This document shows positions 51,778-61,621 of a stretch of 64,000 nucleotides of DNA, in pieces. The stretch is from the NCBI GenBank assembly GCA_009103225.1, contig RHPI01003369.1:1315218-1379217 (forward strand), written 5' to 3'. Within the stretch, counting starts at the first letter, position 1, and each line of letters opens with the position of its first letter. A program made the position numbers and the translations under genes. Under the pieces are notes generated by a model, which ran no database searches, had not been told where the DNA came from, and saw nothing but the letters and a program-made list of their open reading frames with translations. The DNA is from Chlorokybus atmophyticus (lineage: Eukaryota > Plantae > Mesostigma and Chlorokybus algae).

Positions 51778-53869
51778 ACAGGCCCCTATGCCGCCGCCGC
51801 CGCTGACGCTGACAGCGGTGGCTACGAAGCAGAACAGCTCACGAATGTCGTTGTCATCGCCGCCGCTTCTCTGAGCGACAACCGCACAGCAGCAGTGGCA
51901 TGCGTACGGCGTAACGTCGGCGCAGGTACTATAATGGTACTGCTCGACCACTGTGATGTAAGTGACGTGTCTTGTATTACGTGCTTTGGCCGTTACGTTG
52001 CATACACTCCCCTGTGAGTTACGCACCTGCGTGGCGTAGTACGGTGTTTGCTACTCATTGGCGTACGGTCACACAGGCAGTAGCAATCAAGCGTACACAG
52101 TGTACCTCCGCACTGTGATCCGCATCTGTCGCCAAGTACTAAGCTGTACCTCCGCAGAAGACCTCAACCGGCCGAACCGGTAGGCAAGGCAGCTATGGTT
52201 ACAGGCAGGTTTCATTTCTGTGACCAAATAACGGCCGGTGGGGACTACATCGTGCGGAGCGGGTGGTGTCAAGATCTCCGTACGCGGGTCTGTTGTCGCC
52301 ATGAGTGCAGATCGGGGACGGAACGGCTCAGCCTGAGCCAGCAGGCAGGTGCACTGAAACGGTCACCGGCTGGCCAATCGACGCTCGCTCGTTGTATACG
52401 TGGGCTGCCGCGCGGTCGGTCAATCTCACGCCGCGGCCAGAATTTGTGTGCCTGTGGCTGGGATGAATTTGGGAAAGCGAGGCCTACGTGGTCACCTGCG
52501 CTTTCACAGCCTGGAACGCGCCGCCTGGCATGGGCGGATTATTTCCCACACCATGCATAGCATGTATGATAGGGTATGATTCATGCCCTTTGAAGTCAAT
52601 TCAAACATCATGCGCACGCACACATCCACACGGTGTGCTAGCACTTACACTTACACGTAATCACAAGCAGCAAGTCAACAGCAGCAATCAGGCTATAAAG
52701 AGCAAACCTATATGTAACCCTCGTGGCCTTAGGCTACTGCTACATTAGTACTATATGTGCAGTGAATGGCTTGGACAGATAGCAGGGACTACGTATAACC
52801 GCCGTGTAGATCACCGTGGGAGAGTCGAACGGGGTGTAAGTCCCTTAAGTGGAGGTGGAGCATGCCATTGCGCAATGGCAGCAAGGACTATGTAGTGCGA
52901 TATTGTGCCGAATGTCCAGCCCTCTGGCACTCACTCGCCAGCTTGCATCTGTGGCGGCTATTAAGTGGTACAGCATCCAATCTCGCAGTTGCGACACACA
53001 AAGACGTGTTATTGCGATTGCAACGATGCTCACAGCCCATTAAATCAACAATGGTCATGTAGCTATAGCCATTTACAGTCATAAGATAAGTCGCTGTATG
53101 ATCTCACGAACATAGCACACCCCTCCTTGCATATAAGCACCACCTGCATATACAAGTGCAACGGTGTCACGTCATGCATTCAACTTTGCTGTCTTACCAT
53201 CTTCGTCATGAATCTGCCCAGGTCATTAAGATAAAAGTTGTGCAAAGTTATATCGGTTGCTTCATTTCCTGCACAGCGTGTGGTCTGGAATACAGAGCCG
53301 CACAACCCTCACATACTGTGCCATCACCACGTGCAGCATGCATGGTATACCGTATAAGTCACATTGCACCGTTAAAGACTGTGCACACACATGCCACACA
53401 GTTGCAAGATTCGAGCAAACAAGCAAGGCAACATGGTTACATTAAACCCAAGGCCATTGATGTGACCACACTACTCTACGCTAAGTGACCCCATGTGCAA
53501 TGCAATGCCGCGGTTGTATGGGTGAAGCAAGCAATAGCAGCGGCAGCAAGCACCCATTAACCAACCAACCTCGCGCATCTTGGCACATCGTTGGCGTCAT
53601 ACTCGCTTCATTTTTCAATTGCAAGCGCCACATGTATGATAGCGATATATGTATGGCATGTAGCTGCTATCGGGGAGTAGCCAACCTAGTGCGCTGACGC
53701 GCGCGTTTACTCAGCGTACATCTTCTACACTTGAAGTAACTGATGCTTCTATGGCTATCAATGCAGGGGCGCTTGTAAGTAAATGTTGTGGTGGCGCGCT
53801 TTTTAGCCATCGCGCCAAAAGGTTGTCCGCAAAAAAAGCATTGCTAAATACCATATCAACAAACTCACC

Positions 53870-54960
53870 TCATGTCCCTGTCATGTCACCTCTCCTGCTC
53901 AGCCTGGTCTTAAAAATGTTGATGTCGCTTTGCTAATAAAATATGTTTGTCGAACTCTGCTAGCGTCACTATAACACTTTAGCTACTGCGTTCCGATGGA
54001 AATACTCTAGCCTTGCTTTCCCGTCGACTTCAAACTCTTTGCTTTTGGCATTGTCATAATGCTAAACGGCGTCGTCGGCGTTGGAGGAGCCTATTCATAC
54101 CTTTTTAGACTTCAAGCGTTGTCATACCTGGTAAGTAGGTGTGGCAAAGCTTGAGGTAGGGCCTGAGGAAAATAACCCGTTAGCAACACGTATTAACTGC
54201 GCCGTTTTCACATGTTGTTGGCGCCTCGGTTAGTGAATCGTGTTACAATGGATGTTTAAACACGTTATGCACAAGTCTCCATCGACTTGGTGGAGTAAAA
54301 GATGAGTTATTACAGTTTCTATGTTTGTGCCAAAACAACTGCCCGGTTAGTAAGGGTCATGCATAGCAAGCGTGAAGCTACCAATATAGCGGGCGCCACC
54401 CTTTTCAATGATATAATAATGTTTAATGTATTTGCAATGTCCATTGACGGCCAAACAAGCTATACAAGCCTTATATAATGACTGTCTCAAATTATGCATA
54501 GTTTAAAAATGACAATTTTTACACATCGTATTTGCACGGCCTGTTATGTAATTTGAATTTGTTTTCAACCAAGTGACATACATTCCGGTGAACCAGACTT
54601 TACAAGGAACGCCGTGGTTATTGTTCCGTCACCAACAAGTAACCATAGATAAAGTTATGTTATATGTTATAAATAGACTTCTATTAACCGGGTCATTTCC
54701 TATACCTCGAACTTTGCCACACCTAATTCAAGCTAGCCATAGGTTTTTGCATACGATTATAACCATTGAAGAACTTACGTATCCCCATTTGCATGGTCTC
54801 GTGTGTGCAATTGCCTCTGCCTTATAAGCCCAGCCATTCGCTTTGTTATTTTGACCTTGTCCAGATGAAATGAGCAATTCTCATTCGAAAAATAAAATAC
54901 CGTCGGAGTCCCCGGTTGTAAAAATAGTCCCCCTCTTGTTTTACGACGGTGGCGGCAGGG
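53870..54960 (-). pseudogene. AT-rich decayed spliced ORF, Cys/His-rich, possibly an old transposon gene
   Basis: Two GT-AG introns (54778-54723 and 54127-54062) join three near-open frames in phase. Only 4 stops fall in ~198 codons of the middle exon, all TGA or TAA. Confidence 0.45.
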
Positions 54961-55103
54961 GGCGCCTCGTTAACGGCTTTCTGCTGTAAATGCAAATGTT
55001 GTGTAAGAGATGTTGTGACTCTTGGTGATATAAATTGGGCCGATTGCAAAGAACAAGAACTCAACCCCACCCCTCTTTCCCCCCAGCCAAATGGGTCCTG
55101 CAG

Positions 55104-55850
55104 CCCGTGCCAGTACTGGCACAAACCCGTGCCAGTACTGGCACAAAAACCCCGTGCTAGTACTGGCAACCTGTATAAGACCCATGCCAGTACTGGCATA
55201 AACTATGCCATTACTGGTTTATGAATTGTAGACCTGTAATGGCACAAGTACTGTGCCGGCAATGGCACAGACGTCTTCACTGGCACAAAGTTGGTGCCAG
55301 TACTGATCGTGAATGGCTAACAAAGCCAGCATTGGCACAACCATCTCACTCAGCACTGGCTTAAACCATTTTAACCCCAGGGCTGGTCTTAAACCGTGTA
55401 TGCCAGCATTGATACAACTTGTCAAAGACCAGCACCGGTTGCAGACCGCGTTTTCCAGCACTGGCACAACCTACATGCTTGCATATACTGGAAAGACCTG
55501 CTCACAAACCTTCAAGTCCCAAAAGACTCAGTACTGGCTTAAGCCCTCTGACACCGGTGCCGGTCATAGACCGTGCTTGCCAGTGTTGGTAAACCTGGTT
55601 TAAGACCAGCAACGGTTGCAACCTAAGTTTCCCAGCAATGGCACAAGCTACATGCGTTCCTATACTGGAAAGACATGCTCGTAAACCTCCAAAACCCAAA
55701 AGACTCAGAACCAGCAACGTTAGATAGTTATACATGCCATTACTGGCTTACAAACTCGAGAGCACTGCAATTCGGAACTCAGGAAGCTCCCGCAGGCTAG
55801 ACCCGCAGGCTAGACCAGGCCAGACCAGGCTAGACCAGGAGGCGGCTGCG
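55104..55850. repeat. Subterminal repeat array of the transposon
   Basis: 16-bp palindrome GTGCCAGTACTGGCAC at 55107 and 55129, variants at ~55154 and 55184, many degenerate CCAGYAYTGG copies, a ~178-bp tandem duplication (~55384 and ~55562), and caggctagac repeats at ~55790-55840. Confidence 0.9.
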
Positions 55851-56542
55851 GCTACTGCTGCAACCAGCAAACCCATTGGCGGAAGCTTGCAGGACCTCAA
55901 GGTCTTTGGGTGGAACGGTTCTGGAGCTGGAGAAACACTGTTACAGCTGCCAAACAGCTGCCAATGCTTCACAACCTACCGTTCTAGCACCGGGGCTGCA
56001 GACCCGGTGTTAGAACTTGCGAGGTTGCAGACGGCTGAACTGCTTGTTTGGTCAACGTAAGCTTAAAATGCCCCAAAACCACTGCAAAAGCGTGTATTGA
56101 AAGCTATGCAACCAATGCCCCAGCTGTCATCCAGCATCCCAAGCTTTCCAAGCTGATAAGCCGCTGTTGCATGCTCAGGGGTTGCTCACCAGGGTTAAGC
56201 CGGTCTAAGACCTGGTCTTTTGGTTGAAGCAGCGGGCTGGCCGGCTAAAACACCCGCAGCAAGCCTGCTCCAGCTTTCCAGGTACGTCTATGCAAACTCT
56301 GATGAAGTCCGTTTTGATCCAGTCTTGTGGTTGTATTTTAGCTCTGGGTGGAATTCTTTCGCTTAGCCATGCATTGTTGCGCCTGTGCAAGTTTCCTCCA
56401 ACCACCTGTCCGTTAGTAACTACAGTCTTGAATTAGCTCCTTGTCAAATGCCTAGCTAGTCCAAGCCAGCCAGGTCTTTCAGCTGCCATGGCTGCCTGTT
56501 GACAGTATCAAGCTAACATGCTCTTTCGTTTCTCCTAGATCC

Positions 56543-59500
56543 ATGGCTAGTCGCATTGCACAGCTGGACGCTATCGGCCGCCGCAATGCATTCAATGAGG
56601 CAGTTGCTTTACTCCAAGTGCCGGTCCATAAAGCATCCAGACGTACGCAAGCAAAGTTCAAACAGCAGCAAAGACAGCCTGCATTCCAGCCGCGTGACAG
56701 TCAGCAGACTATCTTGAATGCAAGTCAGCACCAAAACCCATTGCAGTCCATTCCAAACATTGCGGAAGAGCAGCCGCGGCCAAACCACCAGCAAGAAAAC
56801 CAAGACAATCCGCAACTTCTACCAGCCTCGCAAGACCTCTTACATGACCAGCATCACCACAACCTTAAGACACCAGAACATCCAATCCACACGCAAGACC
56901 CGCTGGGAGATTCTCTTCTTGCCAGCTCACTGAACGGCATTCGTGACACTCCTGAGCTGCCATGTGGCCAACCTCCACAACCCTCACCTGAACCAAAGGA
57001 GTTGCCTACACATCTGCAAGCAACGTTAGAACCATTGGTCCAGCCCAATGAAGACCCGGTTGCAGACCCACAGCTGTCTACATCTCTCAGATCCTGTCCG
57101 TGCTCCAAGTGCAACAATGAGGTGACTTACAGATCTTTTTGACCATGGCAGTCTTGTCTTTTAGTGGTTTTAATGGTGTAGGGCTTTCGTTGGCAGCGTG
57201 TTGGCTAGATCCTAAGCTTTTCTGTCACAGGTGCTGCAGAGGAACTCAGTAATCCAAATCCACTTGCACAAAGACCGCGTGCTACAGCAGTTCCGGGCCA
57301 TTCCCAAAGTTGTGTCACCTGCTGTAGCACCAGCAGAGAGTGACCCACTTACCGAGCACCCAGAACCCGAGAAGTCTTACATGGACAAGTACCTAGACAT
57401 CATGACCATTGCCGACGAGGGCGGTATGTCGAAAGACTGCATCAACAAGTTGCTGGCCTGTCTGTTCAAGGGCGATGACTCTCTTCTCAGTATGGCCACC
57501 AAGAAGACCTTTAGTCCGGAATCAGAGGGTTGCAAGCTACCAACATCCTGCAAAACTGCCACCAGCCTGTTCAATCGCATGGGTATGCCAGTGCCGTTGC
57601 ACTACTCCGTTTGCAAGGACTGCTCTTACCTCTTCAGCAAGCCATACCCGAGAGACTTTGGCGATGACGTTACCGAAGAGTCCTCTACTTGGCGTCAGCG
57701 TGAGAAGTTACGCAAGACAATGCAGCAAGAGAAGTGTCCTTGTGGTAACCTGCGCAAGGACTGCGTGAGCTACTACTACCTACCTCTCAAGGCTAGACTA
57801 CAACTGATGTTTCGTTGCCCTACCATCTGCTACGACTGGTTGCAATCATGGCGCGAATGCGACAGATGGCTTGATAACGACCCTGCAGTTCCTCCTGCAG
57901 CGCAGCAAGAGGCTTGGGATGGCTCCCGCTGGCGAGAGCTTTCGCACTTTTGGAACCCAGACAAGTCCTTTTGGCTGCCTGTCAGATGTGAGTTCTGTGG
58001 AACAATTCATCGTCCTGGACACCATTTTGCTGAGACAAAAGATGGGTATGCATGGGTCTTCAAGTGTCGCAACGCCCAGTGCCAGCAGATGACCTTTGCT
58101 CTCAGGCAGAAAGCCTCCGGAGACCCGAGGAATCTGGCTTTTATTGCCAATTGAGATGGCTTTAGCACTGCTACAACCACCAAGCGAGGCACCCTCATGA
58201 TCAACGTTGCAGTCTTAAACGGTGGAAAGCTCTTAAGCACGCAAACCTCCTCGCTGCTGCCAGTGGGTTTTGTGCCAAAAGACCAGATACCTAATGGGAT
58301 TAACAACACGGACCCGTTCTTGGAACCCCTGGTGACTGAGTTAGAGTCCCTTTACATCGAAGGGTTTGGCACAGAGTACGGACTTGCTACTTCCGATGTC
58401 GCGGACAACCTGCATCAACAAGCACCAGGTACACCCAGCAGCCTGCTTGACCAAATGACAGATTAACGTGACTTAGACTCGTCCTAGAACGTTTTAGACC
58501 CTGTCCTAGGACTTGAGACTTGTCCTAGAACCCAACTCCCATGTACATTGCAGGAAGCACTACAAAGTTGCGTGCTATGCTGCTGCTGTGGGCTGGAGAT
58601 CATCCTGCCCAATGCCAAGTGCTGAAGATGAAGGATGGTGGCATCTGTGCCTGTCGGCGCTGCTGGTTGGTTGGTGAGCCACACCAAGTAGCTCTGAAAC
58701 CCAAGGTGCATGAAGCTCAAGGTGCAGAGCCTGCCAGCACCTCACGCAGGTCCAAAAAGAACAAGAAAGGTCGCAAGGCATCTAGTAAAAAGGCAAGCAA
58801 GCCCCGACAAGCTGCAAAACCCAAAAAAGACACCATGACACGGTACAAGTATGGCAGCAACTGGAGGCTCTCCAGACATCCTTTTGCTGAGCGTACAGCA
58901 GAACAGACCTTGACGAACATTCAGGAGTTGGAGTCTGCGCCAAAAACAAAAGTAAAAGAGCTATCCCAAAAACTTGGGGTCACCGGCAGGAGCCAGCTCT
59001 GGCGACTTTATGACCTGTACGGCTTTGATCCTCTGAAGGATCTAGTCTACGATGTCATGCACACACTTTGCGAAGGCCTTGCAAAGGGTCTGTGCGCAGC
59101 GACACTTTCCAAGGGAGGAGAAGAGCGCGTTGCTCAGCTAGAACTTGTGGAGGCACGCTTAAAGGACTTCATGGCTGCAAGAACCAAGGAGATGCGGTCT
59201 GGACGTTTTCCGAGCGGTGTCACGGATCGGCTTGGATTCTGGAAGGCTGAGGACTACCAAAAGTTTATGCAAGACTGTGCACCCTATGTGCTGACAGATC
59301 TCGTGGGCAAAGAGCGTCGCGATGTGTGCATGGCACTGCACAAGATTATGCAGTTGTTCTACAGACATTCTAGGCTGTATGGTTGGACTGCCGACAACCT
59401 ACGCCTGGCAGACTCGCTCCTCAGGTATTGGAGACTCAACTCCGAGGACTGCTTTGGCAGCAACAGCAAACCTTTGGAGCATGTGGCTGGTGCAGGGCAC

Positions 59501-61116
59501 ATTCTTGATGATATCCGTCGCCATGGAAGCCACGATGTCTACTGGTGCTATGTTTTTGAGCGTTCTGTCTCCGAGCACCTGGAGACATCCACCAACAACA
59601 AAGACTACGAGTTTAGTTACATTCATCGCTGGGTGCGGCTTTGGTTTGAAAGACTCATGACTGTTCTCCACGAAGACCAGCGGACTGGAATGGTTTGGGC
59701 TAGGCGATGCCAAGTGCAGCTGCGTGCGCATCGCACTTCATGTGGTGGAGCAGGGTTCTGGTACGAAGCACCGAGCCAAACAAAGGCGTTGCACCTCTGG
59801 AAGCTGGCCGAGACGTACCCTCAGCTACCAGAATCTGTTGGCATTCATCACAATGGCATCTTGATAGGCCCTAAGGATGGCAGACTTGCGCCCTTGGAGG
59901 CTGAACGCTTTGCGTTGGTCCAGAGTTCAATGCGGGTCGATGCGGATCTGCCAGTGCAGAACCTGGCACACCACTACAAAGCTATCTTGCATGGAGGAGA
60001 AATCTACAGGTCAGTCTTTTGGTTTTTGGTCTTGGTGTTAAGCCTGGGTCTATTCTCTCTGGTCTTGGTGTTAAGCCTAGGTCTATTCTGTCTGGTCTTG
60101 GTGTTAAGCCTGGGTCTATTCTGACTAGTCTTAGTGTGAAGCCTGGGTCTATTCTGACTGGTCTTGGTTGTCATCTTTTGGTTTGTTGAACCTGGGCCCG
60201 GTCTTCTCCAGAGACTTGGGCTTAACCTTTGTCCATGTCTTTACTATGACCCTAATATCAGTAGTACTGTTGGCGCAGGACCCGTTCCATCACCGGTCTT
60301 GACAACGCTTTGACCAATGACAACCTCTTTGTGGCTGTTAACCAAGTGTTTGTGCACGTCTACAAAGTGCCCAGAGTATTTATTGCGGCAAGCCCCTACG
60401 TCATGCACACAAATGCTTCTGGTGCCCTATTTCGAGACAGGGATACCAGAGCGGCACTTGTGCAATCAGCTGGCAGTCAAGAGATTTGCATACCTGCTCG
60501 CAGACTGCTACGCAAGTTTATCCTCCTACCAAAGCGTCGCGAGACACCGACTACAAGTCATCTGACTGATGATCACCTACTGGCATACGATTATCAAAAC
60601 CCAGACCTGTATGTGAGGGCTACCGATGTTGATGTGCCCATCTGGCCTGAACCTGGAGACATTGTTCAGATCAGAAATGAAGCCAAGTCAGTGTGGGACT
60701 TCAAGCTGCCAACTGAGGCTGTTGAGGATTATTGTAACCCCTTGCCCAGCAGTGCCAGCAAACGCAAGCGCAACAGCCAGCGCTCTGAGCGCAAAGGCAA
60801 ACGGCACAAGATAGTCGAAGACTCCACATCTGGAGAGAGCAGTGAGGAATGCTCTGAAGATCCAACTGATTCCTGGCCCTGGTTTGCTGTGGTCAGAGAA
60901 GTTGATGAGTCCGGCAAGGATGCTGTGATAGACTACCTAGAGCAAAGGCAAGGTGGACTGTGGGTTGTCAACCAGAACTACCGAGGAGAGGCAGCAAGCA
61001 GCAGGACCATAGCGCGTTTGATGCCTTGGGTCTGCATCAACAAGAGGTCTTGGCGTGAGACTGCGCGGCAATCTCCATGCATCATGAAGTTCCATAAGTA
61101 CCATGTGTACTTGTGA
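56543..61116 (+). pseudogene. CACTA/EnSpm transposase, 4 exons, interrupted by one in-frame TGA (58152-58154)
   Basis: CPCSKCNNE|VLQRNSVIQIHLH (transposase-associated zinc motif), YYYLPLKARLQLMF, EAWDGSRW, RNLAFIAN*DGF, DPFLEPLVTELESL, LLLWAGDHPAQCQV, LVYDVMHTL (DxxH), FWKAEDYQKF, KPLEH, YWCYVFER. Introns 57122-57231 (approx.), 58430-58553 (approx.) and 60010-60278. Confidence 0.88.
60028..60167 (+). repeat. 4 x 33-bp tandem minisatellite in transposase intron 3
   Basis: ggtcttggtgttaagcctgggtctattct(c/g)(t/a)ct units starting at 60028, 60061, 60094 and 60127, with no spacers. Confidence 0.92.
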
Positions 61117-61621
61117 GACGGAACAATGGCATGGCATGCGGAGACAATGAGACAGAGGATGGATTTTGCATTAACATTGGGATGGCGGAGACAATGGATT
61201 GCAAGGCTGGAGTTTGGTCTAAGCAAAAAAGACAGGTCTAAGCAGAAAGGACAGGACTAAGCAGCAAAAGACCCGCCGCCTCTGGGTCTAGCCCCGCTGT
61301 TCCTGGGGCTAGGACAAAGACTTGTGATTCCAAAGACCAAGGCACAGAGTTTACACCCACACTATCTACAATGCCACAGCATTCTACCAAGCCAAGTCAA
61401 GCCAAGCCAAGCCACAGACTTTGGGTTTTGCAGTGAGATGCAAGATCAAGGCACAGAGTTTGAGTTTTGCAAAGCTTTTTTCCAAGCCACCAAGGGGGAG
61501 GCAAAGAGTCTATAGTGCTGCTGTAATCCTAGCAAGCCCAAGCCACACAAGACCCACAACACACAAATGCTACCAAGTCCAAGCACTATGTACAGTATGT
61601 ACACTATGCAGGTCCCACTAG

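Noticed and set aside
52087-52302. Minus-strand ORF MATTDPRTE... as an extra first exon of the F-box gene
   Set aside because: An in-phase splice is possible but unsupported. The F-box domain already starts close to ATG 51777, as is typical.
52785-52845. Possible tRNA-like fold (gggactac...taagtccc)
   Set aside because: No T-loop GTTC or D-loop consensus and no cloverleaf.
52863-52880. 18-bp perfect palindrome TGCCATTGCGCAATGGCA as a Helitron 3' hairpin
   Set aside because: No CTRR terminus at the expected distance on either strand, and no other Helitron features.
58152-58154. TGA as selenocysteine or a reassigned codon
   Set aside because: TGA terminates several host genes here (ATP10, U2AF65, SAE1), so the code is standard; Trp is the expected residue and no SECIS-like element was noticed.
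55104-60167. Repeat arrays as CRISPR
   Set aside because: Eukaryotic context, units are contiguous with no unique spacers, and there are no cas genes.
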